From Acidimicrobiales bacterium (GTDB lineage Bacteria > Actinomycetota > Acidimicrobiia > Acidimicrobiales > SZUA-35), in the NCBI GenBank assembly GCA_028285495.1, contig JANQPB010000038.1, positions 34,161 to 98,160 on the forward strand: a stretch of DNA of 64,000 nucleotides, written 5' to 3'. The position numbers were made by a program, and so were the translations under genes. This document shows positions 49,665 through 58,791 of the stretch, in pieces. Under the pieces are notes generated by a model. The model was not told where the DNA came from. It was given only the letters and a program-made list of their open reading frames with translations, and ran no database searches. The first letter of the stretch is position 1, and every line of letters begins with the position of its first letter.

Positions 49665-49671
49665 CGCGAGC

Positions 49672-50853
49672 GTGGAGTGGGTAAAGACGACGGCGAAGAC
49701 CCTGCCGGAGGCCATCGACCTGGCCCTCGACAACCTGGGGGTCGACGAGTCGGAGGCCGAGATCGTGGTGCTCGAGGAGCCCCGTCCCGGGCTGTTCGGC
49801 CGCATGCGGGGCACGGCCCGGGTCGAGGCCAGGGTGAAGCCGAAGCCGATCCGGCCGAAGAACGAGCGGAACCGGAACCGGCGCAACCGTTCCGATGACG
49901 GCGGTGGCGGCGGCGGTCGCAACCGCAACCGGAACCGGAATCGCAACCGGGGCAAGGGCCGCGGTGACGGCGGTGACCGCTCCGGTGGCGGTGGTCGCGA
50001 CGGCGGCCGGGCCGGCGAGGCCGATCGGAACGACCAGGCCCGCGACGGTGGCGACCAGCGAGGCGGCGACGGCGGCCAGCGCGGCGGTCGCAACCGGAAC
50101 CGGAATCGCAGCCGCAACCGCGGTCGTGGCCAGGGTGACCAGGACCGACAGCAGGGCGGCCGCTCGGACGAGCGTCGCCAGTCGGCCCCGGTCGGCGGTC
50201 GGGGCGGACACGGCGCGAACGGTGGCGGTGCCGAGGGAAGTGCCCAGGAGAGTGCCCAAGCGATGCAAGGAGCAGCAGTGGAAGACGTGGCAACCCATCT
50301 CGAGACGTTCCTCACCGATCTGAACGACGCCTTCGGGTTCGACAGCGGTGTGACGATCGACGATTCCGAGGAAGGCACGCTTGTCGGCCGGATCGAGGGG
50401 CGGCACGGCCTGCTCGTCGGGCCGAAGGGCCGGACCCTCGACGCGGTGCAGGAGCTGGCCAGGATCTCGTGCCAGCGCACGGCGCCGAGCAACATCCGCA
50501 TCAAGGTCGACGTCGGCGGCTACCGCGAGCAGCGGGCGGCCGCCCTGGCCGACTTCGCCAGGAAGGCAGCCGACCGGGCGATCGACGAGGGCGCCGAGGT
50601 GGCGCTCGAGCCGATGTCGCCGGCCGATCGCAAGTCGGTGCACGACGCCCTCAACGGCGACGATCGGGTGGAGACCCGCTCGGTCGGCTCCGAGCCTCGT
50701 CGGCGGGTGGTCGTGGTGCCCCTCGACGTCGACGATGACGACGATGATCTCGACGACACGGCGGATGCCAACGGTGCCGCCCCGGCCGCCGACGACGGCC
50801 TGACCGAGGTCGAGGACGTCGCCGACGCCAACACGGTCGACGACGACGAGTAG
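49672..50853 (+). CDS. jag: Jag/KhpB-type RNA-binding protein (Jag_N + KH + R3H)
   Basis: GTG start. VKTTAKTLPEAIDLALDNLGVDESEAEIVVLEEP (Jag_N), a long NR/RGG linker, a KH-like GRIEGRHGLLVGPKGRTLDAVQEL, and R3H (MSPADRKSVHDAL). Confidence 0.85.
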   Translation: MEWVKTTAKTLPEAIDLALDNLGVDESEAEIVVLEEPRPGLFGRMRGTARVEARVKPKPIRPKNERNRNRRNRSDDGGGGGGRNRNRNRNRNRGKGRGDGGDRSGGGGRDGGRAGEADRNDQARDGGDQRGGDGGQRGGRNRNRNRSRNRGRGQGDQDRQQGGRSDERRQSAPVGGRGGHGANGGGAEGSAQESAQAMQGAAVEDVATHLETFLTDLNDAFGFDSGVTIDDSEEGTLVGRIEGRHGLLVGPKGRTLDAVQELARISCQRTAPSNIRIKVDVGGYREQRAAALADFARKAADRAIDEGAEVALEPMSPADRKSVHDALNGDDRVETRSVGSEPRRRVVVVPLDVDDDDDDLDDTADANGAAPAADDGLTEVEDVADANTVDDDE

Positions 50854-50857
50854 TCCC

Positions 50858-51511
50858 GTGACGGGGCCCGACGGGCCCGACCGGTCGGACGGGCCGGATC
50901 GACTCGCCGCCCTGCGCCAGGTGCTGGAGCGGGCGCGGTCGGTCGGGTTCCTCGGCCCGGGGCCCGTCGACGACCACGTCGCCAACGCCAACCGCTTCGT
51001 CGATGCCCTGTCGGCGTCGGGGGTCGGGCGCGGTCCGGTCGCCGACCTCGGCGCCGGCGGTGGCGTCCCCGGTCTGGTGGTGTCGCTCGCCGACCCGTCG
51101 CGGGAGCTGGTGCTGATCGATGCGGCCCAGAAGCGCTGCTCGTTCCTGGTGTGGGCGCTGGCCGAGCTCGGTCTCGACGGGCGGTCGGAGGTGTGGTGCG
51201 CTCGGGCCGAGGAGCTCGGCCGCGAGCCTCGGGTCCGTGAGCGGTTCGAGGCCGTCGTCGCCCGGGGGTTCGGCCCGCCGGCCACGACGCTCGAGTGCGC
51301 CGCGCCGCTGGTCCGGCCGGGTGGTTGGGTGATCGTCAGCGAGCCCCCGACGCGGCGTCGGTGGCCGGCCGACGGCGTTGGGCAGCTGGCGCTGGTCGAG
51401 GCCCCTCCCCTGCCCGGCGTCGCCCGCTTCGAACGGGGCCCCGGTCTCGACGACCGCTACCCGCGCTCGGCCAAGCAGCAGCAACGCGCCCCACTGTTCG
51501 ACGTCGAGTGA
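50858..51511 (+). CDS. rsmG: 16S rRNA (guanine527-N7)-methyltransferase
   Basis: GTG start. DLGAGGGVPGLV SAM motif, and conserved position between jag and parA. Confidence 0.88.
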   Translation: MTGPDGPDRSDGPDRLAALRQVLERARSVGFLGPGPVDDHVANANRFVDALSASGVGRGPVADLGAGGGVPGLVVSLADPSRELVLIDAAQKRCSFLVWALAELGLDGRSEVWCARAEELGREPRVRERFEAVVARGFGPPATTLECAAPLVRPGGWVIVSEPPTRRRWPADGVGQLALVEAPPLPGVARFERGPGLDDRYPRSAKQQQRAPLFDVE

Positions 51512-51564
51512 ACGGCCACCCCGCCGTGGTGGTCTACGCTCGGTGGGGGCCAGATAGCGTGGGG

Positions 51565-52422
51565 ATGCCCCGGGAGATGGGGCGAGCTGCGCCGACCGAG
51601 GAGTACCCGTTGACCACCACCGAAGCCAGTGAGTCGTCGACCCAGTGGGACGAGCCGGGCGCACGCCTGATCGCGGTGGCCAACCAGAAGGGTGGCGTCG
51701 GCAAGACCACGACGGCGGTGAACCTCGGCGCGGCGGCGGCCGAGCTCGGCCACCGGGTCCTGATCGTCGACCTCGATCCCCAGGGCAACGCCAGCACCGG
51801 TCTCGGCATCAACCCACGATCGCTCGAGTCGTCGATGTACGACGTGCTGCTGCACGACGTGCCGATGGATGACGCCATCGAGGCCGCAGCCGTGCGCAAT
51901 CTGTTCCTCGCCCCGGCGAACCTCGATCTGGCCGGCGCCGAGATCGAGCTGGTGCCGGCGTTCTCGCGTGAGATGCGGCTGAAGAACGCGATCATGAAGA
52001 TCCGCGACGACTACGACCTCATCCTGATCGACTGCCCGCCGTCGCTCGGCCTGTTGACGGTGAACGCGCTGGCGGCGGCGTCCGAGGTCCTCGTGCCGAT
52101 CCAGTGCGAGTACTACGCACTGGAGGGCCTCGGTCAGCTGCTGCGCAACGTCGACCTCGTCAAGCGCAACCTCAACGCCGACCTGCATCTCTCGCACATC
52201 GTGCTGGTGATGTTCGACGCTCGCACGAACCTGGCCTCGCAGGTGGCCACCGAGGTGCGGGAGCACTTCGGTGACCTGGTGTGCAAGACGGTCATCCCCC
52301 GGACCGTCCGGCTCTCGGAGGCCCCCAGCTTCGGGCAGCCGATCACCGTGTTCGACACCGCCTCGCGGGGTGCGCTTGCGTACCGGGACCTGGCTCGCGA
52401 GGTCGCCGGCGAGCCGAGCTGA
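51565..52422 (+). CDS. parA: Chromosome partitioning ATPase ParA/Soj
   Basis: ORF 51295..52422 trimmed to the ATG at 51565. IAVANQKGGVGKTTTAVNL deviant Walker A, ILIDCPPSLG, IPRTVRLSEAPSFG. Confidence 0.9.
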   Translation: MPREMGRAAPTEEYPLTTTEASESSTQWDEPGARLIAVANQKGGVGKTTTAVNLGAAAAELGHRVLIVDLDPQGNASTGLGINPRSLESSMYDVLLHDVPMDDAIEAAAVRNLFLAPANLDLAGAEIELVPAFSREMRLKNAIMKIRDDYDLILIDCPPSLGLLTVNALAAASEVLVPIQCEYYALEGLGQLLRNVDLVKRNLNADLHLSHIVLVMFDARTNLASQVATEVREHFGDLVCKTVIPRTVRLSEAPSFGQPITVFDTASRGALAYRDLAREVAGEPS

Positions 52423-52424
52423 CC

Positions 52425-53678
52425 GTGGGCCGCCCCGACGAGGGTCGACGGAGCGAGCTCGATGCGCTGCTGGCCTCCCGCACGCCGAGCCCGGAATCGG
52501 CGGTGTCGGGCGAGTCCCGGTCGTCGCACGACGAGGTCGGCGGCGCCGATGGTGTTGGCGTCGGCGCCGACGGTGGCGGTGGCGTCGACGGGCCGGGTGA
52601 CCGGCCTCGCACGTCGTCACCGGTGCGGGGACGGCTGGAGGCGTGGTTGCGTGGCGGTCGCCACGACGAGGCCGTCGAGGCCGGCGAGGCCGTCGAGGCG
52701 GATGTCGAGTCCGATGGCGGGCGGCAGGTGCCGAGCGAGCCCGACGAGGTCGACGGCCGGATCGGTGTCCCGGAGTCGGAGGGCGGTGATGGAGTCGACC
52801 GTCGTGGCGCGGGGCCGAACGATCGTTCTGGCGGTGTGTCTGCCGTCGACGACCTCGGCGAGCTGCGGCTGCTACCCGTCGGGCTCATCGTTCCGAACCG
52901 GTATCAGCCTCGCCGGCGGTTCGACGATGCTGCGCTGACGTCGTTGACCGAGTCGATCCGCGAGCTCGGCGTGTTGCAGCCGGTGCTGGTCCGGCCGCTC
53001 GACGACGAGCGGTTCGAGCTCGTCGCCGGTGAGCGCCGGTGGCGGGCGAGCCAGCGGGCCGGCCTGCACGAGATCCCGGCGTTGGTTCGGGGGTCGAGCG
53101 ATCAGAGCGCTCTGGAGCGGGCGATCGTGGAGAACCTGCATCGCCAGGATCTGTCGCCGCTCGAAGAGGCGGCGGCGTACCAGGAGCTGGTGGTCGACTT
53201 CGGCCTGACCCAGGAGGCCGTGGCCAAGCGCGTTGGGAAGAGCCGTTCGGCGGTGACGAACACGCTGCGGCTGTTGCAGCTGCCGGTGTCGGTCCAGCGT
53301 CTGGTGGCCGATGGGGAGGTGTCGGCGGGGCACGCTCGAGCGCTGCTGTCGGTGAGCGATCCGGAGGCCCAGGCGGCGCTGGCGGCTCGGGTGGTCGACG
53401 AGGAGTGGAGCGTCCGGCGGACCGAGGAGGCGGCGCGGTCGTGGGCGACGCGCCAGTCGAGCGGCTCGCCCGCCTCGGCTCGGGACGAGCGCTCGACGTC
53501 GCAGACCTCGGCGGCGGAGTTGGAGGTTCGGGCGCTGCTCGAGGATCGTCTGGCCACCCAGGTCGAGGTGACAGGCGGAGCCGGCAGCGGCGGTCGTCTG
53601 GTGATCCGGTTCGCCGACGGCGAGGACCTGGACCGCCTGGTTCAGGCGATTCTCCAGGGTCGTCCGGGGGCCGATTGA
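52425..53678 (+). CDS. parB: Chromosome partitioning protein ParB/Spo0J with long acidic N-terminal extension
   Basis: ORF 52281..53678 trimmed to the GTG at 52425. NRYQPRRRFD, LVAGERRWRASQRAGL, IVENLHRQDLSPLEEA, and an HTH (QEAVAKRVGKSRSAVTNTLRLLQLP). Confidence 0.9.
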   Translation: MGRPDEGRRSELDALLASRTPSPESAVSGESRSSHDEVGGADGVGVGADGGGGVDGPGDRPRTSSPVRGRLEAWLRGGRHDEAVEAGEAVEADVESDGGRQVPSEPDEVDGRIGVPESEGGDGVDRRGAGPNDRSGGVSAVDDLGELRLLPVGLIVPNRYQPRRRFDDAALTSLTESIRELGVLQPVLVRPLDDERFELVAGERRWRASQRAGLHEIPALVRGSSDQSALERAIVENLHRQDLSPLEEAAAYQELVVDFGLTQEAVAKRVGKSRSAVTNTLRLLQLPVSVQRLVADGEVSAGHARALLSVSDPEAQAALAARVVDEEWSVRRTEEAARSWATRQSSGSPASARDERSTSQTSAAELEVRALLEDRLATQVEVTGGAGSGGRLVIRFADGEDLDRLVQAILQGRPGAD

Positions 53679-53746
53679 TCACTCACGCACAGGTTGTGGA
53701 CGACCCTGTGGGTAGAGCGAAGTGGTCTGGGGACGCAGTCGGCGGG

Positions 53747-53762
53747 CGTTTCACGTGAAACG
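53747..53762. promoter_or_regulatory. parS centromere site
   Basis: cGTTTCACGTGAAACg matches the consensus tGTTTCACGTGAAACa at the central 14 of 16 positions. It lies 69 nt after parB. Confidence 0.8.
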
Positions 53763-53908
53763 TGTGCTGGCTTGGGGGCGGCGTGTGGCGCCGGACCGGG
53801 CTCGACCCGATCGTGACCCGTCGGTCGTCGATCAGGCCCGGGTCTGGGTGTGATCCGGCGCGAGTCGGGCGAGAGCGGGGTTCATATGCGGCGTGATCGG
53901 GGTAGAGA

Positions 53909-53919
53909 TGGGTATGAAC
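53909..53919 (+). repeat. Half-site S1 (TGGGTATGAAC) of the palindrome family
   Basis: GTAGAGATGGGTATGAACGGG. An inverted partial half-site, GTTCATATGC, lies at 53879..53888. Confidence 0.5.
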
Positions 53920-54407
53920 GGGCTCTCGGCGGGTACGTCCGGGGACCCGTGGCGTCACGCGGTCGGGTCGAGGTCGGTGGTCGAGCGCCCCGACGCTGGA
54001 TCACGTCGTGGCCTATGGCGTCGGTGGATTGGCGAGTGTGTTCAGGTGGCGCGGAACCCGAGCGCCGGTCACGGTGGGCGATCCTCGCCGTCGGGCTTGG
54101 CGGGCCGGTTCGTCTCGGTCCCCGTTCGCCCTCGACGGACGTCGCCGTCCGGACCCACGTGCGGGCCGGTGGTACCCACGTGAGGAACCGTCCTGGTGTG
54201 GTGATGGGCCTCGACGGTCCGGAGGGCGCCGGCCGCCGCATCCGCTGACTGGCCGCCGTGACGAACGCTCTCGCTCGGGACAGGGTTCGGTGGGTCGGAT
54301 CGGTGAGGCGAGGCGGGCCGGGAGGGCGAGCTCGGGGTGGTCGGGATCGGGCCGGGTAGGACGATCGGGGTTGATCGCCGAGAAACGTCGGAAGATCAGG
54401 GGATGAA

Positions 54408-54417
54408 TGGGTATGTC
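54408..54417 (+). repeat. Degenerate half-site S2 (TGGGTATGTC)
   Basis: GATGAATGGGTATGTCGGGGGATGAAG. Confidence 0.35.
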
Positions 54418-55077
54418 GGGGGATGAAGCGGTGGGGATGGGCGGCTCGACGTCCTGGTGCGATCGGGCCCTGACGGCCCGGGGGCCAGCCGGCCATCGCC
54501 TTGCTGCGGCGTTGCCGACGTGGGAATGGGTGCCCTCGGTCGACGTGACCACGGACGCGTCAGGACGGCACTGTGCGGCACTGTGCGGCGCTGGGAGACG
54601 GCGGCCGGCTCGTCGGCGGCCGAGGGGCGATCGTCGCCATGGCCGACGGTCTCGATCGGTGCCGGGTGGACGGTCGCCCGTGATCCCGGCCGGCGGCCCA
54701 GATGTGACCGGTCGTCCCCGTGTCGTACCCGCGATGTACCCCGTCGGCACCCGTTGTCCCCATTGCTGGGGACAAACGGTGGATAGCCGGGTGGACCGAT
54801 CGTCGGTGGTCGGCCGCCAGGCGACGCGCCGAGCATGCGTCCGGGTGCGGGCGCCGTGGCCGAGGTCGGCGCCCGCCGGTGACCCCGAGCGGTGTCGAAG
54901 GCGATCGGCTGCGATCGTGGTCCGCCGCACTGCGCCAACGGCCGAGGACCACGGGGGCCGACGACGGCGGCCCGCATCTGGCCACCGCAGCCGGCGCCGC
55001 CACGTCGACGGCAGCGACGACTGGCGGCGAGCGGGGATCCCGGGCCGCGGCGTTGCCAGCCCCCGGGCGCCTGCGAT

Positions 55078-55172
55078 GGCGACGACGAGCGGAGACGGCG
55101 ACGACGAGCGGAGACGGCGACCACGAGCGGAGACGGCGACCACGAGCGGAGACGGCGACGACGAGCGGAGAC
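55078..55172. repeat. Tandem array of five 19-bp direct repeats (iteron-like)
   Basis: GGCGAC(G/C)ACGAGCGGAGAC x5, head to tail. Copies 3 and 4 carry the C variant. A 19-bp period is not a multiple of 3. Confidence 0.85.
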
Positions 55173-55255
55173 GGGAGGCCCCCGTTGCGTCCCGGCCCGG
55201 CCTCGGGAGGGCGATGGTCCCCGCCAAGCGTCACCAACCCGTCCCATCCATCGAA

Positions 55256-55287
55256 CCGGTTCATACCCACTAGTGGGTATGAACCGG
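55256..55287. promoter_or_regulatory. 32-bp perfect palindrome CCGGTTCATACCCACT|AGTGGGTATGAACCGG
   Basis: Read directly. It lies ~90 nt downstream of the RHH gene stop, and its half-site recurs at S1, S2 and S4. Confidence 0.6.
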
Positions 55288-55375
55288 GTAGTCTCAAGGG
55301 GTAAGGGGCGGACGCCTGGGTAGAACAGGGTGGGACCGGGGGGCTCGAACCACCCGCCGGGTGAGCGGGCGGTCG

Positions 55376-55894
55376 TCAGTCGCCGCCCGGCGCGCCCAGG
55401 AGCTCGACGGTCAGCAGTACGGCCACCGTCTCCGACCGATTCCACCCCCGCGACTCGCCGAGCCGGCTGATCTTGTCGAACTCGGCGTCGGAGATCGACA
55501 GGCGCAACCGCTGGCGACCGCGAGACACCATGCGTCCGCCCGATCCCGCATAGATCGCGTCGCCGTGCCTGCGGTAGGCGCCCATCACGAGATCGGCCGG
55601 GTTGATCCCGGTCGCCGCCACCGCCTCGGCCACCGGGATCGGGACCGACAGCTCGCGTCGCTTGCGCCGCAGGCCGGGGACCACGGCCCGATGGGGGGTC
55701 GGCGGTTGGCTGGCGTCCGCCTCGGGCGCCGCCGGGGCCACCGTCTCGGTCGGCGACGCGTCGTCGACCACAGCCGGCTCCGGCGGGGAAGGATCCCCGC
55801 CTGCTCGCCCCCGTCGACCCCGACTGCCCTTGAACGCCGATGGGTCGGCGATCGAATTCAGTCCCCTGGCTCGGCCGAGCGTGCGGTCGCTCAT
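55376..55894 (-). CDS. Ribbon-helix-helix (ParG/CopG-like) DNA-binding protein, candidate centromere-binding partner
   Basis: ORF 55376..55993 trimmed to the ATG at 55894 (RBS GGAGG). The C-terminus RLRLSISDAEFDKISRLGESRGWNRSETVAVLLTVEL fits a beta-strand/helix/helix RHH pattern. The N-terminal half is basic and looks disordered. Confidence 0.6.
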   Translation of the reverse strand: MSDRTLGRARGLNSIADPSAFKGSRGRRGRAGGDPSPPEPAVVDDASPTETVAPAAPEADASQPPTPHRAVVPGLRRKRRELSVPIPVAEAVAATGINPADLVMGAYRRHGDAIYAGSGGRMVSRGRQRLRLSISDAEFDKISRLGESRGWNRSETVAVLLTVELLGAPGGD

Positions 55895-55943
55895 CGCCGA
55901 CCCTCCTCTCGTGTCGTCACCCGTCGAACCGACCGACCGCCGT

Positions 55944-56816
55944 TCACGAGGCCCTCGGCTGCAGGAGGTCCTCGGCCAGGGCGATCCGGTCATCGACCTC
56001 GTCGGCCAGCTCGTAGAACTCGCGGGCCAGGTCGGCGAGGTTGGTCGGGATCTTGATGCCGGTGCGGATCTGGTTCGTCACCGACACCGTCGTCGCCCAC
56101 TCGGCGTACTCATGCAGGAAGAGGCCGGCCTTGCGGCTGTCGTCGTAGGCCGCCCCCGCCTCCCGGATGATCGTCTGGAACGGGTCGGCGACGCCGGCCA
56201 GGATCTCCGAGACCTCCTGCCTGGCCTCGGCCCGCTTCCTGGGCGCCGCCGCACTGATCTTCATCAGCACCACGCCGAGCAGGAGGATGTCGGAGTCGAG
56301 CTCGTCCAGCTCGCCGGCCAGCACCCGCAGGCCCTCGATGTTGTCGACCCCGCTCGAGGTGGGGACCAGCAGGTACTTGCCGGTCTGCATGGCCATGTCG
56401 GCGAGCCGGGACGAGCCCGACGGCGGCAGGTCGAACACCAGGCGGTCGTAGCGGCCGCTGGCCATGATCTTCTCGAACGGCAGGGCGAAGGCGTCCTGGG
56501 GTGCCGTTGCCGTCACGAGGTGGTTCGACAGCGTCTTGGTGTGCCGCCCGGCGACGACCAGGTCGAGGTTGTCCCGGGCGTTGACGGTGGTCAGCTGGTC
56601 GCCGTACATGACGGCGTCCATCAGGTGGCGACCGGCGCCGTGCTGCACGGGGTCGAGCCCGACCACCTTGGTGGCCGAGGCCTGCATGTCGAGGTCGGCG
56701 AGCAGGATCCGCTTGCCCTCGCTGGCCCAGATGCCGGCCAGCTGGGTGGCCAGGGTCGTCTTGCAGCTCCCGCCCTTGCCGATTCCCACGACGACCGAGT
56801 TCGGTATCGTCCGCAT
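55944..56816 (-). CDS. ParA/MinD-family partition ATPase (small, plasmid type Ib-like)
   Basis: ORF 55944..56825. ATG at 56816 preferred (GGAAGG ~10 nt upstream). Deviant Walker A GIGKGGSCKTTLA, LLADLDMQ, VFDLPPS. Confidence 0.85.
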   Translation of the reverse strand: MRTIPNSVVVGIGKGGSCKTTLATQLAGIWASEGKRILLADLDMQASATKVVGLDPVQHGAGRHLMDAVMYGDQLTTVNARDNLDLVVAGRHTKTLSNHLVTATAPQDAFALPFEKIMASGRYDRLVFDLPPSGSSRLADMAMQTGKYLLVPTSSGVDNIEGLRVLAGELDELDSDILLLGVVLMKISAAAPRKRAEARQEVSEILAGVADPFQTIIREAGAAYDDSRKAGLFLHEYAEWATTVSVTNQIRTGIKIPTNLADLAREFYELADEVDDRIALAEDLLQPRAS

Positions 56817-56948
56817 CCGCTTCACCCCTTCCGCGCCCGCCGACCGAGGCTGGAGATCGGCGGTCGGCCAGAGCCTAGCGACGGTCCGGGTCGAAACGGG
56901 TGACGGGAGGGTGAAACCGAGGGCTCATCGGGTCCGAACGGGTGTAGA

Positions 56949-56959
56949 TGGGTATGAAT
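56949..56959 (+). repeat. Half-site S4 (TGGGTATGAAT) upstream of the ParA-like gene
   Basis: GTGTAGATGGGTATGAATCGGTGG, ~130 nt upstream of the ParA-like start. Nearby direct repeats are CGAAACGGGTGA and CCGAACGGGTGTA. Confidence 0.5.
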
Positions 56960-57163
56960 CGGTGGGGGAGGGGTAGACAATCGTCGCCCGCCCGCCAGCT
57001 CAACCCCCCCAACCCGGCCGAGCCGTCCACACCCCGACCGCAGCCGGACGCGCCGACGCCGCCACACCAACGGGAGGGGTGGCGGCGTCGAGCGACCGTT
57101 CTCGTGCTGGCGGGTGGCCCGGATGCGCCGGCCGGGACGGCCGACCCTCGCCCGGGCCGATGG

Positions 57164-57484
57164 CTAGAGGCCCAGCTCCTCCATGAGCATGGCCTTCGGC
57201 TTGGCCCCGACGATCGTCTTCGTCACCTCGCCGTTCTCGAACACCAGCATCGTCGGGATGCTCATCACCTGGTACTTGAGCGAGGTGTTGGGGTTCTCGT
57301 CGACGTTGAGCTTGGTGACCTTCACCTTGCCCTCCTGCTCCTCGGCGATCTCGTCGAGGATGGGGGCGATCATCTTGCAGGGGCCACACCACTCGGCCCA
57401 GAAGTCGACCACGACCGGCTCGGCCGAGGCGTTGACCACCTCGTCGAAGGTGGCGTCGGTGAGGTGGGTGATCTTGTCTGACAT
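57164..57484 (-). CDS. trxA: Thioredoxin
   Basis: ORF trimmed to the ATG at 57484. [18 protein letters not shown] active site. Confidence 0.95.
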   Translation of the reverse strand: MSDKITHLTDATFDEVVNASAEPVVVDFWAEWCGPCKMIAPILDEIAEEQEGKVKVTKLNVDENPNTSLKYQVMSIPTMLVFENGEVTKTIVGAKPKAMLMEELGL

Positions 57485-57669
57485 TCCTACGACCTCCGTC
57501 GTTCGTGGCGGACGTGCCGGCCGGGTGCCCACCCGGGAGGTCGTTCCGCTGCCCTTGCGGTCTTTCCAAACCTGAAAGAAGAAACCCTCGACGGCCCCAG
57601 AAATTCCCTCGGCCGTCACGTGCCAAGTGTCTCAGCACGTGCGCCGCGGCCCAACCCGGGCCACGACGA

Positions 57670-58635
57670 TCAGCCGTGCTCGTTGGCCTCCAGCCAGCGC
57701 TCGGCATCGATCGCCGCCGCGCAGCCGGAGCCGGCGGCGGTGATGGCCTGGCGGTAGACATCATCCTGGACGTCGCCGCAGGCGAACACGCCTTCGACGC
57801 TGGTCCGGGCGCTCGGAGCCTGGGTGATCAGGTACCCGTTGTCCTTCATGGCCAGCTGGTCGACGAAGAGGTCGGTGTTGGGCCGGTGACCGATGGCGAC
57901 GAACAGCCCCGTTGCGGCCAGCTCCGAGCGCTCGCCGGTCCGGGTGTCCTCGAGCACGACGCCGGCCACCTTCTCGTCGCCGAGGATCTCGACCACCTGG
58001 CTGTTCCACCGGAACTCGATCTTGGGGTTGGCGAACGCCCGCTCCTGCATGATCTTGGACGCCCGCAGCTCGTCGCGGCGGTGCACGATCGTGACCTTCG
58101 AGGCGAACTTGGTCAGGAAGCTGGCCTCCTCCATCGCCGAGTCGCCGCCGCCGACGACCACGATCTCCTGATCGCGGAAGAAGAAGCCGTCGCATGTGGC
58201 GCAGGTCGACACGCCGTGACCGATCAGGCGATTCTCGTTCGGCAGCCCCAGCATCAGGGCCTTGGCCCCGGTCGACACGATCACCGTCTTGGCCAGATGG
58301 GTCGGCTCGGGCGCCTCCGGGTCGCCGACCCAGATCTTGAACGGGCGCTCCGAGAAGTCGACCTTGCTCGCCTTGACCGTCTCCATCTTGGCGCCGAACC
58401 GCTCGGCCTGGGCCCGGAAGTTGATCATCAGCTCGGGGCCCATGATCCCCTCGGGGAAGCCGGGGTAGTTCTCGACCTCGGTGGTCAGCATCAGCTGGCC
58501 GCCTGGCTGATCGCCGGTCGACGACGGCTCACCCTCCAGCACCAGCGGATCGAGGCTGGCCCTGGCGGTGTAGATGGCGGCGGTCAGACCAGCCGGCCCG
58601 CTGCCGATGATCACCACGTCGTGTAGGTCACTCAC
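57670..58635 (-). CDS. trxB: Thioredoxin-disulfide reductase
   Basis: [19 protein letters not shown] motif, redox [24 protein letters not shown] motif. Confidence 0.95.
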   Translation of the reverse strand: MSDLHDVVIIGSGPAGLTAAIYTARASLDPLVLEGEPSSTGDQPGGQLMLTTEVENYPGFPEGIMGPELMINFRAQAERFGAKMETVKASKVDFSERPFKIWVGDPEAPEPTHLAKTVIVSTGAKALMLGLPNENRLIGHGVSTCATCDGFFFRDQEIVVVGGGDSAMEEASFLTKFASKVTIVHRRDELRASKIMQERAFANPKIEFRWNSQVVEILGDEKVAGVVLEDTRTGERSELAATGLFVAIGHRPNTDLFVDQLAMKDNGYLITQAPSARTSVEGVFACGDVQDDVYRQAITAAGSGCAAAIDAERWLEANEHG

Positions 58636-58791
58636 TGCTCACTCCTCGTTGCGATCGGGGCGCACCTCGGGCCCCGCTGCCACCCAGCCGGGGCGGCCTC
58701 TCTCTCTACGAACCGCTGATGGAAGGCCTCGATTCCAGCGGACCGATCGGACCGACGGTCGCCGGACCGTCACCGGGGCCGTCGTTCGAAC

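Noticed and set aside
55078-55172. Considered whether the five 19-bp direct repeats form a CRISPR array.
   Set aside because: The repeats are contiguous with no spacers, and the unit is shorter than CRISPR repeats. There are no cas genes and no leader. An iteron or tandem-repeat interpretation fits better.
53850-55445. Multiple overlapping 100-400-aa ORFs on both strands in the post-parB region (for example 54013..55227, 54396..55445, 54407..55273).
   Set aside because: All are Arg/Pro/Gly-dominated, mutually overlapping in several frames and without any recognisable motif. The 19-bp repeat period breaks every reading frame's periodicity. Treated as non-coding pending expression data.
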